The notes beneath the pieces are model-generated. The model searched no databases. It saw nothing but the letters and a program-made list of their open reading frames with translations, and had not been told where the DNA came from. From Hypanus sabinus (lineage: Eukaryota), in assembly GCF_030144855.1 (NCBI RefSeq), contig NC_082736.1, forward strand, positions 11,346,001-11,410,000: a stretch of 64,000 bases of DNA. The letters run 5' to 3'. Both the position numbers and the translations under genes were made by a program. The first letter of the stretch is position 1, and each line of letters opens with the position of its first letter. This document shows positions 24,751 through 37,672 of this stretch, piece after piece.

Positions 24751-25394
24751 TGTCCACCCCTTCACCCGCACGTTATAAACAAATCCACCCTGCTCCTTTC
24801 CATTTTGCTGATTCCATGTGGAACATTAAACATGTAGGAATGTCAAATTCGCAGTCCAAGTCCCTGTAACCATGTCCCTGCAATAGCTGTTAGATAAAGC
24901 ACTGTACACAATGTGGAACAGATGGCAACCTGCCCTTTGGCCCACAATATCTGCACCAATCATAATAATGTACTATATAAAGTACTGGTGCGATCTCAGT
25001 GTTGTGAGCTGTTTTGGGTCCTTTATCTCAGGAAGGATGAGCTGGATGGGTTACAAAGAATGTTCTCGAAAGTGATTCCAGGATTAAACAGCTTGTCATA
25101 TGAAGAGTGTTTAATGGCTTTTGGCCTGTCTTCACTGGAATTTAGGAAAATGAGTGTTGACCTAATTGAAATTAAATGGTGAAAGGCCTTGATAAATTGG
25201 ACGGGCAGAGGATGAGCATCTACCTCTTGCCCAACCCTCTCCTGACTGTTACCCACTTACCTGTCTCCCCAGGCCCCAGCGGGACTACCTGCCTATAGCT
25301 ACTCTCTATCCCTTCCACTCTTTCCCTGACCAGATGAAAATCATCGAGCTGCATCTCAGGTTCTCTAACACGGTGCATAAGGAGCTGCAGCTCC

Positions 25395-26555
25395 TGGATT
25401 CTTGTTATTTACCTTCTTGATCAAAGCTGCAACATTTGCAACACACCAGCACTGTGGGACCTCACATGTTGTGATTGAGGACGCACTATTCCTTGCGAAA
25501 TCCCAAGCAATCTACTCACTTGCTTCTTTCACTATTGTAGGATATATTCCTTCAGGTCCTGGAGTCTTTTCCATCTTATTGCTTTTCAGACGTCCCAGCA
25601 CAACCTCCTCCTTAATCTCAACAAGTCTCTGCACATTAGCCTGCTCCACTCTGTTTTCATTGACATTCAATTTCTTCTCCTCGGTAAATATTTACACAAC
25701 ATTCTCATTTAGTACCTCTGCCACTTGGTCTGACTTCATCCACATCATTCATCCTTTAATCTTGAGTAGACCTTTCCATTCTCTGGTTAGCCTTGTTTTA
25801 TTAATGCAAATCAAAAGGTCTTGGGATTATCTTTGATCCTACATTGCAAGTAGAGTTTGTGGTGCCATTTGGCCTTTCCTATCAGCTCCTTTAGCATTTC
25901 TCTGCTATCTTTATATTCCGAAGATTACCAGTCTGATTTTAGCTTCATAAACCTTCCATATCCTTCAATGTAGGATCTTTCCACTCATCTGAAGTTCCCT
26001 TACCTTACTATCCTTGTCCTTGCTCCTTACAGGAACATGCTGATCCTGAACTCTGAGCTGCTGGTATTTAAACAACTCCCACATGTCAGATATGGACTTG
26101 TCTGACAGTGGCTGCTCCCAATCAATGCCCCTTGACTTCTGTCTTACTCCGTCCTAACTTGCCCTACTGCAATTCAGTACCTTCATACAAGATCTGTTTT
26201 TATTCTTACTCATAACCAAAAAAAAAGTTGCGATTACTGTTCCCAAAATGTTCACTGACACTTAGCAGTCACCAGGCCTTGCTCGTTTCCCTAAACTAAT
26301 TCCCGTATGTTCTCTTCTCTGGTTGGGCTCTGTACATAATATTTCAAATACTCTTCGGATTCACTGAAGAAATCTCGTGCATCTAAGTATTGAGAAAGAT
26401 CTAATTAATTCTATGGAAAATAAAGTCCCCCACTAAGACAACCCTGCTTGGCACCTCTCCATAAACATAAACATCTCCGTTCCTGCACCTCCTGGTGGTA
26501 ATTGGGGGCCAATACGATAATCCCATCAATGTAACTGCAGATTGCCTCTGCAGGC
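25395..26555 (-). mobile_element. Highly decayed CR1 ORF2 fragment, paralogous to ~62330-63170
   Basis: VLVGDF endonuclease remnant; PGPEGIYP and VA.L.KK motifs on the minus strand. Confidence 0.75.
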
Positions 26556-26689
26556 AACGGACAATGGTTTTGTTTGGCCACTTGGTCAGCATGGATGTGT
26601 TGGGCTGAAGGGCCTGTTTCTGTGCTACATAACTCAGTGACTACGTCTGCGGCTGTGGCAGAGCGGGACGGACAGTGTCAGTTGTGAGA

Positions 26690-27255
26690 AGGTTTGGGGG
26701 ATGTCGACAAGAGAGTGAATGGTTGAGGATGGGACAGATGGAACAGAATGTGGGGAAATGTGAGATCACCCATTCCCAGGAACAAACTGTAAGAGTTATT
26801 TCCACATGGGAATGTTCAGAGGGACCTGGGTGTCATAAACAAATCACTTGAGTTAACATGCAGATACTACAAGTAATGAGAGAGCAAACATTATTTTGTC
26901 CTGTGATCCAGGAGGAGTGGAGAAGAGGGGTACAGATGTCTCACTGGATTCTATAGGGCCCTGGTGAGAGCACAGCGTGAATGTAGTGTCCGGGTTTGGT
27001 CACACTTCCTCAGAAAGGATAACCGTGAAATAGAGGGAGCGCAGTGACTGTTCCCCACACTGACTGGGCTGGTTGCAGGGATGGAGGGTTGGTTATGTGG
27101 GAGGAGAGTGAGTGGGTTGGGTCTGTATTCCCTGCAGTCAATGTGAAAATGAGGAAATCCGTTAGATTCTTTCAGGCTGTGACAGACAGTAGGCAAGGGG
27201 GATCTTTCCCCTGAATGAGAGCTCCATAACTGAGGAAAACACCCTCAGAATGGTG
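26690..27255 (+). repeat. Decayed CR1 3' ORF2 fragment
   Basis: aaatgtgag..cagagggacctgggtgtc..ctatagggccctggtgagagcacag pattern of the CR1 C-terminus. Confidence 0.65.
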
Positions 27256-27677
27256 TGTAAATCACAAACACGAGGGAATCTGCTGATGCTGGAAATCCAA
27301 AGCAACACACACAAAATGCTGAAGGAACTCAGCAGGACAGACAGCCTTTATGGAAAAGTGTAAACAGTCGACACTTCGACACTTCGGGCCGAGACCCTTC
27401 CATCAGTTCTCATCCTGGTGATGATTCTCAGCCCGAAGCATCGGCTCGTTACTCTATTTCATAGATGCTGCCTGGCCTGCTGACTTCCGCTAGCATTTTG
27501 CGTCTGTTGCTCAGAATGAGATGACAAGCATTCAGGGTGGAAAAGAGATGATATTTCTTTAATCTGAGCAGAAAGGACTTCTGCATTCCATATATAAGTA
27601 ATCTGGAGCCTCAGGTGCTGGGTTGAGTCAAAGCTGAGATCAGCAGTGTCTGGGAGAATTTTAGTCACTGAATGAGT

Positions 27678-27975
27678 CCATAAGACCATCAGATATAGGA
27701 GCAGAATTCGGCCATTTTGCCTGTTGAACCTTCTCTGGCATTTCATCATCACTGATCATATTTTCCTCTTAGTCCCAATCGCCTTCCTTCATTTGTATCC
27801 CTTCATTCCCTGATCAATCAAGAATCCATCAATCTCTGCCTATACCCAGTGATTTTGCTTCCAGAGCTGCCTGTGGCAAAAAATTCCACCGATTCACCAC
27901 TCTCTGCCTGAAGAAACTCCTCCTCATCTGCATTCTGAAAGGATGCCGCTCTATTTTGAAGCTGTGTGGTCTGGT
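27678..27975 (-). repeat. CR1 3' end
   Basis: ccataagacc..ggagcagaattcggccatt tail; QMRRSFFRQRVVNRWNFLPQ. Confidence 0.8.
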
Positions 27976-29070
27976 TGTAATAAATAAAGACAGGTGTAAA
28001 TTTAAAGTAGGAAAGTTGAACCTTACTAGGAGGTAAGACTCAGAAGATTGTACTACCCAAACGGTCAAAATAAAGCCAAGTAACAAGGTCTAAAATACCC
28101 ACAACATGCAGGATTACATTCCTCTCATAATCTTGGCCCATGGGATAAACACAAGCTGGGCCTGATCAACCCTGCCTGGTTCACCTGGGTGTTGATGTCT
28201 CATGCTTAAAGACCGGAAACCGACAATGACCCAGGTTGCATTACTAATGATGTGTCCCTTTGCACACCCAGTTCATTAAGCCAAGTGGTGTCGGACCACA
28301 TTAATGAAAGGCATCGGCTAGATCAAAGTGGCTCCACTACACGTCCCGATCCACCATAGCCCCACGTATCTCACCATACTAAACTCCACAGCTTTATCTC
28401 TCCCAGCCTCACGCATACATCCACCAGCCCTACCCTGAAACCTAATCCTCAGGTCCAAGGGGGCACACACCCCGATTAACCAAACCCCCACAAACCCAAT
28501 GTGTAAGGAGGAGGAAAATCCAATAAAGGCAAGAGTTGGTCCTGGTTAGTGAAGGTAGGCGGGATCAAAGTGGCAGCGTTGCGTGACACTTAATCGAGAG
28601 TGACGAGATGAAGAAGCACAAGAGGTGTGATTCTCCCACTGCCCGCACGGTCTCTTTGTTATTTTAATTTTGATCTGATAGTCCTCTGTCTGTTTGAATA
28701 TTTTGGTATAATTCATATTTAATTCCAGTTTGTTTTTTGTCAGTGTTGAGTCTAATGCAATGTGTCTGTGATGCAGCTACAAGTACGTTGTTCCTTTCTC
28801 CTGGGCATAAATAAACTCGATTTGAACTTTTCATTGAAATGTCCAAACCTCTCCTTCGCTCTCTTGCTGCCCTGTGTCATGAACTAAACGTTTTAGTCTT
28901 TAATTTTACTATATTTCATCTGATTTTATTTGCATTCTACTTTTGAAATTTGCGTTTCCCTTTTCAATTTTAGCCCGCACCCCCGCCTGTCTCTGCCATT
29001 CTGTACTTCCTCCTGCATTAAACAACAGCGGTAACCACCACACATTGGCGCCGCCTCCCGTCCCCCGGCG

Positions 29071-29163
29071 TTCCAATTGGTGATTCCTTTCTTCAAACAG
29101 CCAATGAAAATGCTCAGCATTCCTATCCTCATTAACATACCACTTTGGGCGCTGCCTATTTAA
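29071..29163 (+). promoter_or_regulatory. H2B promoter: CCAAT boxes, variant octamer, TATA-like box
   Basis: CCAAT at 29073 and 29101; CTCATTAACATAC at the octamer position (29128-29140); TATTTAA 29157-29163. Confidence 0.75.
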
Positions 29164-29215
29164 TCCGGGCTCCAAACAGCTTCTGCTTATTATTGTGTTT
29201 GAAGCCGACGGGGAA

Positions 29216-29590
29216 ATGCCTGATGCACCGAAACCCGCTCCCAAGAAGGGCGCCAAGAAAGCTCCGTCCAAACCGACGAGCAAATCTAGCAAGAAGCGCA
29301 AGAGGTCGAGGAAGGAGAGTTGCGCCATCTACATCTACAAAGTGATGAAGCAGGTTCACCCCGACACCGGCATCTCCTCCAAGGCCATGACCGTCATGAA
29401 TTCATTCGTGAACGATATTTTCGAGCGCATCGCGGGTGAGGCTTCCCGTCTGGCCCATTACAACAAGCGGTCTACCATCAGCTCCCGGGAGATCCAGACC
29501 GCCGTGCGCCTGCTGCTGCCCGGGGAGCTGGCCAAGCACGCCGTGTCCGAAGGGACAAAGGCGGTGACCAAGTACACCAGCTCCAAGTAA
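29216..29590 (+). CDS. H2B: Replication-dependent histone H2B (124 aa; Y37C substitution)
   Basis: [11 protein letters not shown]...[14 protein letters not shown]...AVTKYTSSK; intronless; followed by stem-loop and HDE. Confidence 0.97.
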   Translation: MPDAPKPAPKKGAKKAPSKPTSKSSKKRKRSRKESCAIYIYKVMKQVHPDTGISSKAMTVMNSFVNDIFERIAGEASRLAHYNKRSTISSREIQTAVRLLLPGELAKHAVSEGTKAVTKYTSSK

Positions 29591-29615
29591 AGACAAAACA
29601 AACAGGAAAATCAAA

Positions 29616-29655
29616 GGCTCATTTAAGAGCCACTCACGTTTTCATTAAAAGAGTT
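29616..29655 (+). terminator. Histone 3' stem-loop (top pair mismatched) and HDE
   Basis: GGCTCATTTAAGAGCC 29616-29631; AAAAGAGTT ~29647-29655. Confidence 0.85.
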
Positions 29656-29845
29656 ATTCAATGTTGAGACATGGATGTGAGGTAAATTTGTAAGTTTCTT
29701 GTTGACACGCTCATTCAGAATCTTATTTCCGTTACTCAGAACTTGCTGTCCACTCTTCAGCGTAATCCCGATTTCTCTGTTAATTCCTGCCCTCTGCACA
29801 GACACGGAATCGCTACGCACCCCTTCCCCGTTGTTACTTCTAGGT

Positions 29846-32423
29846 CAGGAGTCGGCAACCTTTACCACTGAAAGAGCCATTTGGACCCATTTCCCACAGA
29901 AAAGAAAACACTGGGAGCCACAAAACCCATTTGATATTTAAAATGAGATAACACTGCACACAACGCTTTTTTTGTCTTTATGCTATGTATAAACAAACTA
30001 TAATGTGTTGCATTTATGAAATTGATAAACTCCTGCAGAGAAAATGAAATTACATTTCTGCATGCAACAAAAACATTTTGAACTCCGAAAAAAAGACGTT
30101 GGGTTGAAGGTTACTTTTAAGTAAAATACTCAGTCTATTTGAGTCCTTCTTGTATTTATGAAAAACGCCGAACTTAAACTGTCCGCCAGCAGCAAACCAA
30201 AAATAACGTCAGCCAGCTGTCACCCTGAAAAATAAAAGGACTATTTCACTGAACAATGAAAAAATATGAATATACCTAAAATAATAGGCAATTAAAATAT
30301 TTATCATACTTGGTTAATGGGATTTCTGCTCCTGGACTTCAGCGCACAGCGTCTGCACATCAGGGCTATATGACGTCACCTTCATCGCAAGCTGTTATCT
30401 GTGAGGCGTGCACGATGTTTGTTTTTAATAAAGTTCATGTTGGAGAACACCTGCTCACATACATATGTGGATCCAAAGATCGACAGGACTCCAAGCGCAT
30501 ACTTCTTAATGTTTACCTAAGTGTCGGGGATAGCATTCCATGTTTCGAACACAAGTTTGTCCGATTTGGAGAGGTTTTCAATATCACTCCATTTGTGATT
30601 CTGAGCAAGAACGGACTTCTGACGGGCCACATCTTCAAGGTCTGCTGTCAAGCGTCTAAACTTGGACACCCATATGTCTTTGTCGGCTATGTCGGCCAGT
30701 TCCAGCTCAAGATCAGGTTGACAATGCAGTCGTATTCAGTTGGGATGGATCGATGCTTAGGGGGTGGCCGGGAAGGATAATGTGTTTTTTTCCTCTCTAA
30801 ACTCACAGAAGTGTTTCCCAAACGATGCTTGGATTGCGATGATTGCAGAATGTAATACTCCGAATTAATCATGACGTGAGCATGTTTGAACTCTTTCAAA
30901 TTGGGGAAGTGAGACAATGTGCCTTTCTGTAAATCTCTGGCAAGCACTGTGAACTTGCGCTCGAATGCCAAAACATCCTCCAACATGTGCAGGGCTGTGC
31001 GTCCTTTCCCCTGAAGAGCTGCGTTCAGTGTGTTCATGTGCGCTGTCATGTCTACCATGAAGTGTAGCTTTTCCAGCCACACTGGCTGTTCCAGCTCAGA
31101 AAAGGTGAGCCTTTGCTGCCCAGGAAAGTTCTCACTTCTTCTGGACACGCAACAAAGCATTTCAGCACCTCCCCTCTGCACAGCCACCGGACTTTGTTAT
31201 GCAGCAGGAGATCAGAATATGCGTTTTCCAGCTCGTCCAGTAACAAACGGAATTGACGGTGATTTAAACTTTTTGCCATTATTTTATTGACAATCTGAAT
31301 GACAACATCCATTACTTCTGTGCATTCCGGAGGAAATGTTTGAGCGCACAGTGCCTCTTGGTGCAAGGTGCTGTGAAAAGTCAGCAGCTTTCTGACCAGC
31401 GACTTCTGCAGTAAAGCCACAAATCCCTTGTGCGCTCCTGTCATACTTGGTGCCCCATCAGTAGCTACTGACACCAGGTGGGTGATCTTTATTCCTTTGG
31501 CTCTTAAACAATTCAAGACAGCCTCATAGATGTCTGCCCCCCCCCCCCCCCCGTGTATGGCCTTTTAGAGGCGGTATTTGTTCAATGTCTTTAGACTCGT
31601 CACAGGCAATTGAGTAGGCCACAGCTGAATTGATGTCTTTAATTTGCTTGTCTTCTGCAATTCTTATGGTTCTGTCTTTGACAGTCTTTGCAGAGAGGGG
31701 CATATCCCTGATTTTCTGCACAATTTCACTCTTGTTTTTAAAGCCCGTGAATAGATGTTCTGAAATCTTAATGAAAGATTCTTTTATATATTTACCATCT
31801 GTAAACTGCTTCCCGTGCCTGACTATTTCCTGAGCGGCAACAAAACTAGCATATGTAGTTGATTTTCCAGACTTCATCCACTTCTTGAAATGATTTTTGC
31901 TCAGATCAACCTTACGCATCAGTTCTGAAACGGCTTTTTTTCTCTCATCTCCATCCGGATATTTTTGAGCAAAGGCTGCGTGTTTATTCTGGAAATGTCT
32001 TGCGACATTTGACTTTTTGTCATTTGCTACTTTCTCATTGCATATTAAGTATACCAGTAAACCAGTCTCGTCAGCAGTGAAAGCAAATGAATCTGCCCAC
32101 GTATCATTAAACATTATGTTTTCTTCAGTCACTATTCTTTTTTTAGAATTCTCCATAGTTAGCCTACCTTGGATTGAAAAATTAAAAAAAATCGCGCACT
32201 GGCGGGTGTCAGGCATTGGCAGTGGTGACGTATATTAATAGCGACAAAAAACACGTTTTATTTAGATTGTACAAGATCACTATAATCTTCAAATTTAGAA
32301 TTACATTTCAAAAACTAACAAACTAACGTAAGATACATTTTAATTAAATACTCATCATTTATTTTCCAAAGCCACAGGGAGCCGCAGCACAGAGATGAAA
32401 GAGCCGTGGGTTGCCGACCCCTG
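29846..32423 (-). mobile_element. Full-length hAT DNA transposon (Buster/Charlie group, GTF2IRD2/SPIN-like transposase), frameshifted
   Basis: TIRs CAGGAGTCGGCAACC / GGTTGCCGACCCCTG; 8-bp TSD TTCTAGGT at 29838-29845 and 32424-32431; transposase from ATG 32156 (MENSKKR..BED-like finger; SIACDESKD; ATDGAPSM.G; HQEALC; VRWL.RG.VL). Confidence 0.96.
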
Positions 32424-33019
32424 TTCTAGGTCATCAAATTCCCCTAACGTGACACTAATTGTTTCTGGTTTAGTTACTGCGGGGAATGCGGTTCATTAAG
32501 TTTTGTCCCATTTTGTTTACTTCTCTTAACTACATTCCAACGCGAGTGCCGAACACTGTCACGGTTCGTTCAGAATATTTCTGAAGCCCACTTTCTGAAG
32601 GGCGACCCGATGCTAAACTGACTTTAGTCTACACAATGACCGACCGCGAACAGACGCTGACAAACGGTTTTATTCGAATCATTTATCAATTGATGGAAGT
32701 CGGTGAACTAAATTACCAGACACCATCACAATATTAACTATACTTGGTTTAAATATTTTGGACTTCAGTAACGTGGGTAAAGGGTCGACAAACAAACCTG
32801 TTGTGGTTTAATTTTAGCAACAAAGGCGTTTTTGGTGTTTTGCAATTTTGAGTTTATTTCGGCGGTTAGACGGTTATTTTTTGCGCTTCAGTCGTTGCTG
32901 TCTCTTGACTGGTGAAGAAAGCAGCTCCCTAATTGGAATATTTGTTCTTTCCAATCAGATCAGTCACAGATTCACCAATCATTAACATCCCAGTACATTC
33001 CCCCAGACTCCATAAGAAG

Positions 33020-34577
33020 GGCACTTTCCGGAAGCCTGATTTTCAATAGTCAAGACCTCAAGTTAATTTCTGAAAAAAAAAATCTATCTGCTGTTGTATG
33101 TATTCAGGGAACCTGGTTGCTACCACATTTAAGTTCTTCTTTCCGAGATTATATTGTAATTGGGCGTTGTGTTGCAAGTTTCATAACGAGAGGGCTTAAC
33201 GTTTTGGATATAAATGAAATGTATGAGGCATTTGAAGACATATGTTCTTCCACAGGTAGGGGCTTTAAAGTGGTATATTATTATAACCATTGTGGAAAGT
33301 TTTTGATTGATTTGTTGGAGAGTATACGTTGGAGTCCCTTAGCTCACTAAGGGTTGTATGGTGTGGGGATTTTAACACATAGTTAGTAAACTGTGGGTTT
33401 GTTCTCAGAATGATGGATGGTTTGATTGTAGAGGAGTTTTAGATATTTCACATCTTGTGTGTTTTAATGGTGGGAGAGGAACAAGATTTAATGTGCACAA
33501 TAGTTAGGAAACTACTGTAAATGCAACTTTAGTTTTGAACATTGGAGTGAGTCGTGAGATATCATGGGTGATGAAGCATTGGGAAGTGACAATTTCCCTG
33601 TATTTGTAAGCTTGGGTATGGATTTATATCAGGGACAGGAGGCCACTTTTAGGAGGTGGAACTTTAGTAAAGCAAATTGGGAGAAGTTTTAATGATTTAT
33701 GTGGTGAGCATCTGTATGAGCTGAATGGTGAGTATGATGTGGTTTTCTGCAAAGAAACATCACATTATTCATCAAACTGGGGTGGATGAGATTCATATTA
33801 AAAAGTGCATTAATAGCAGAAAGGCTGTACCCTGGGGGTCGGAGGAGTGTGCAGAGACAATTATTGAGAGAAAGTTAAGAAGTACTGTATCACTCACTGA
33901 GTGATCATATTAAGTGTAGCAGGTCACAGGCCGTGGTGAGGAAAGTAACGAAGGTTGTGAAAAAGATTTAATGGAGGTCATATTGTGATAGTATTGGAAG
34001 GACTATTAAACTTGGAGATGTTTGGGGAATGATTAACAAAATGGGGGTGCGGGATTCACAGTGTTCCCAGTATTGATTGAAAAAGTTAATACAATTGTTC
34101 CTGAAAGAGAGAAGGTTGAGTACTGGCTCGGTCATTTGCTGCAATTCATAATCAAAATTGTTTAAGAGACTAAAGAATGTAGGGATAAGCTTTTAAGAGA
34201 ATACTTTAATATATTGGAAACCAGCTGTAGCAATGATAGTGATGTAGAGTTTCCTTTGTGTGAATTGAAGGAAGCTATTAATAGTACAGGTCAGATGACT
34301 CCAGGAATGGATGATACATGTTATTGCATGTTTAAACGTATGGCCAACAACTCTTTTGAGATAATATTGCAATTTTTGAATCATACTTGGACTTCCAGGC
34401 CATCTTCCCTCCTCATGGAAAATGGCAATTGTAGTGTCTTTTCTAAAACCTGGGAAACCCCTGTTGGATACTTCTAGTTATCACTGATGTCCCATTTGTG
34501 TAAAGTTATGGAATTTATGGTGATAGAATGGTTGAGTAATATTTTGGAAAAGAGAGGTAATGTGCTTTTGTTAATAT
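33020..34577 (+). mobile_element. Degenerate I/Nimb-like LINE ORF2 (APE endonuclease + RT N-terminus)
   Basis: VCIQ.TWL, GDFN, GSD.FP, WNFSKANWEKF, ELKEAINSTGQ.TPG.D, KPGKP..SSY and SHLCKVME motifs; interrupted by a solo LTR; clade assignment tentative. Confidence 0.75.
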
Positions 34578-35417
34578 TGTTACGTATTCAGGCAACAATA
34601 AATATATGAGTTCGGCAAGGGTTTCATAACAAACAACACGTTTATTAAACACAGAAAACAAACCCCCCAAAAGTAAACAAACACTACCGTAACCGGAAAC
34701 AGCTGCTGAGCGGCTGTTCAAACAGTTCGTAAAGTGATATTCCAAAAACAGTTCTTTAAAGTGGTATTGCCAAAAGTTCGATATGCTCACAGTCCATTTG
34801 AAAGGAGAGACTTTATAAGACGATTTAGGTTCTCTTTCACGTCGCTTGCTTCGATCCCCGACGTCGAACTTCCCACGAAGAATTCACGAAACAGAACGGC
34901 TTAAAGGCACTGACCTTTCCTTCTCCACTACCTTCAATCCTTTCTAGTTAAACCTAGGGATTAACACGAAGATAGTCAACAAAATCCTTCCAAATAAGGA
35001 TCAAACAAATGTCGCCCCTGTTTCACCGTAGGAAGCGATTTTCCTCGATCTTTAACTTCCAACTTCGAATCTTCACTCTCCACTAATTTCGAACTAACAG
35101 AATCATAAAGAACCTGCTGGCAATGACCTCTTAAACTTTAGGCATTAAATAAAAACTTCATCCTTCAGCTAAACTGCGTCATCACTTCAAACACGCAGTG
35201 GCATGGAGTCAACCTGGCAAATCCAGCCACGAACTGTCCCTCCTCACAGGGTGGGGTCTACCTTTTATAACCTGTAAAAAAAAAACCCGTCACATGATCT
35301 CTACTGGTGGGAAAATGACGGCACCACCATCACAAGACCATCACCTCAAGTCCAGTACAGCTTCAACCCCAGTCACATGACAAGGGCACCACTGTCATGT
35401 GTCACGAGTACGTAACA
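34578..35417 (-). mobile_element. Solo LTR (Gypsy-like), 840 bp
   Basis: Termini TGTTACGTA..TACGTAACA; 4-bp TSD ATAT at 34574-34577 and 35418-35421; TATA and AATAAA on the minus strand. Confidence 0.9.
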
Positions 35418-35544
35418 ATATTCTGGATTAATTTGAGGGGCAAATGCTGGTTCAATGCCACATGTCCCAAAAGCTGTCAATATTTTTATGCAGAAAACTC
35501 AGCATCTACTTCAACACAGCAAGCTTCCACAAAAAATATAATCA

Positions 35545-36000
35545 ATGAAAATGTCAATCCATGGCCTCCTATACTGTCCCAATGAGGCCACACTCAGGTA
35601 GGAGGAACAACACCTTGTATTCTGCCTGGGTAGCCTCCAATCTGATTGAATGAACATTGATTTCTTCATCTTCTGGCCATGCCTCCCCTCCATCGTCATT
35701 CCCCGTCCCCTTTTCACTTTTGTTACCTGCCCATCACCTCCCTCGAGTGTTCCTCCTCAATCTTCTTTCTTCCATGGCCTTCTGTTCTCTTTATCAGACT
35801 CCACCTTCTCCAGCCCTGTATCTCTTTCACCACTCAACTTCCCAGCTCTGGACTTCATCTGTCCCCCCCCCCTCTGAGTTCCACCTATCACTTTGTGTTT
35901 CTCGCTCCCCTCCCCACCTTTAAAATTTACTCCTCATTGTTTTTCAGCATTTTGTGGGTGTATTCCTTGGATTTCGAGCATCTGCAGATTTTCTCCTGTT
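35545..36000 (+). repeat. Penelope-like element 3' part
   Basis: atggcctcct..gaggccacactcagg..gaacaacacctt..ggtagcctccaa..atgaacattgatttc plus tail. Confidence 0.8.
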
Positions 36001-37189
36001 ACTCAATGACAACGGGCATTTTGTATGACAACTGTCAAAGTCCCACTCACTTAGAAATGTAGATATGAAACCCAAGGTTCAGCAGATGCTGAGAATAAAC
36101 TGCAAAGTACCACACACAAAGTCCTGCAGGAACTCAGCAGGACAGGCAGCATCTAAGCAAAGGAATAAACAGTCTAGATAGGATGAAGTGTCTTGGCCCA
36201 TAATATTCATTATTTATTCCTCTCCATAGATGCTGCCTGGGCTACTGAGTCCCCCCAGCATTTTGCAAACATAAACCTCCTTTTTCAGTCAATCAGTTGC
36301 CAAATGTTTCTGAACTTTCATTTGTAGCCTCATCCTCCTGGTCTGAATCCTTCCTTCTACACCCTGTAAACTTGAGGCTCCATCACGTCTGGAGTCCCAA
36401 AGCCCTCATTAGTGTAGAGCCCTCTTGTTTCTGCTCCATCGAATATTTAACCACCATTCTGCTCATATTTCAGAGGACAGCATTGTATTGCAACAGCCCG
36501 GCTGTGTAAGGCACAGCCCTTCAAAATCTGTGAAAATTACCCAAAACAATGAATAGAGCAGAACACGAAGATTTTAACCACACAAGACGTCATCCTTGGT
36601 CCAGAGCTGTGAGGAATGAAGACTATTTGGGGCAAAACCCTAGTGAATTCATCTTCTGCAGTTTCCAGAAAGTTATGGATTTAATTCAAAGTAAACCTCT
36701 GCAGTCACAGGCTGAGCAGTTGCAAAATGTATATTTTAGGGTGAGTGACAGGTGAACAGCAGTGATGGATTTGAAAGCTCTGGTGTAGAATAGGAACGTG
36801 AGCTGGTACTAAATGAACTGAGTGGCCTCTCTACTATACATTAGCTGTGTGACAGGCAGGAAGCTCCTGAGACACAAGATTTGAAATAGAGCTGATTAAT
36901 TTGTCACAGATCTACAACATTAATGCCAGAGTATTTTCAGACTAACATCAGCAGAACAAACACTCCAATGCTCTGGGTCCAGGGTTCAGTCACAATATCT
37001 GCAGAATCTGATATTGACAGTCTCACATGAACTTCCAAATAGATTCAGTCATCATGATGGTTAAAATGTTCATCTAGAGCTTTATTAAACTTCTTCCCTG
37101 ATGTCAAGTTGCCAGTGTTTCTGCAGGTGGGATTACTGAGTAAATTTCTTTGCTGACACAAGACCGAAGTGTGTCCTCTATGTATTTTA

Positions 37190-37672
37190 AACTCACTGGA
37201 GCCTCACAAAATGGCTGAACCGATTGAATCTCCTCCCACACTTGGAACAGGTGAGAGACAGAGACAACTGAGCCAAGTCTAGCTGCTCACCGGTGTGACC
37301 CGGCTGATGGCGTAAGAGCCATGTGACTGAATGAATCCTCTCCCACACACGGAGCAGGTGAATGGCCTCTCCCCCTGTGAACTGGCTGGTGTATCTGCAG
37401 GTTCAGTGGCCTGGTGAATCCCTTGCAAAATGAGAGGAAGTGAATGTCAGCTCAGTGGTATCAACTCTGTGGCCATTTATCAGGTCAGATCAAGGACATG
37501 TCAGTGTATTGGGGTTCTCCTTGCTCAGACTGGTATGCTGTCCTCTCAACCATCTCCTCCTTCACATTCAATGATTAGTAGTATTCGAATGTCGGGGAAC
37601 TGATAAACACATGAGAATAGACACACTGTTGTGTTTGAGATTCTCAGACATAAATTCCTTGCCTTTTCTGCC
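37190..37672 (-). pseudogene. Decayed C2H2 (Kruppel-type) zinc-finger exon, about 3 fingers
   Basis: Minus strand: CKGFTRPLNLQIHQPVH / GERPFTCSVCGRGFIQS / LLRHQPGHTGEQ / TCSKCGRRFNRFSHF with frameshifts; ttttacag|g acceptor ending at 37673. Confidence 0.8.

Noticed and set aside
27976-28588. Possible third solo LTR (TGTAA..TGACA) next to a CR1 tail
   Set aside because: No matching TSD and no second copy, so boundaries cannot be supported
29195-29215. N-terminal extensions of H2B, H2A (42628) and H3 (60124) in the ORF track
   Set aside because: They arise from non-ATG starts in 5' UTR or promoter sequence; the canonical ATGs are at 29216, 42658 and 60058
31524-32216. GTF2IRD2/ZBED-like host gene
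   Set aside because: TIRs and TSD are present and the frame is broken; it is the transposon itself
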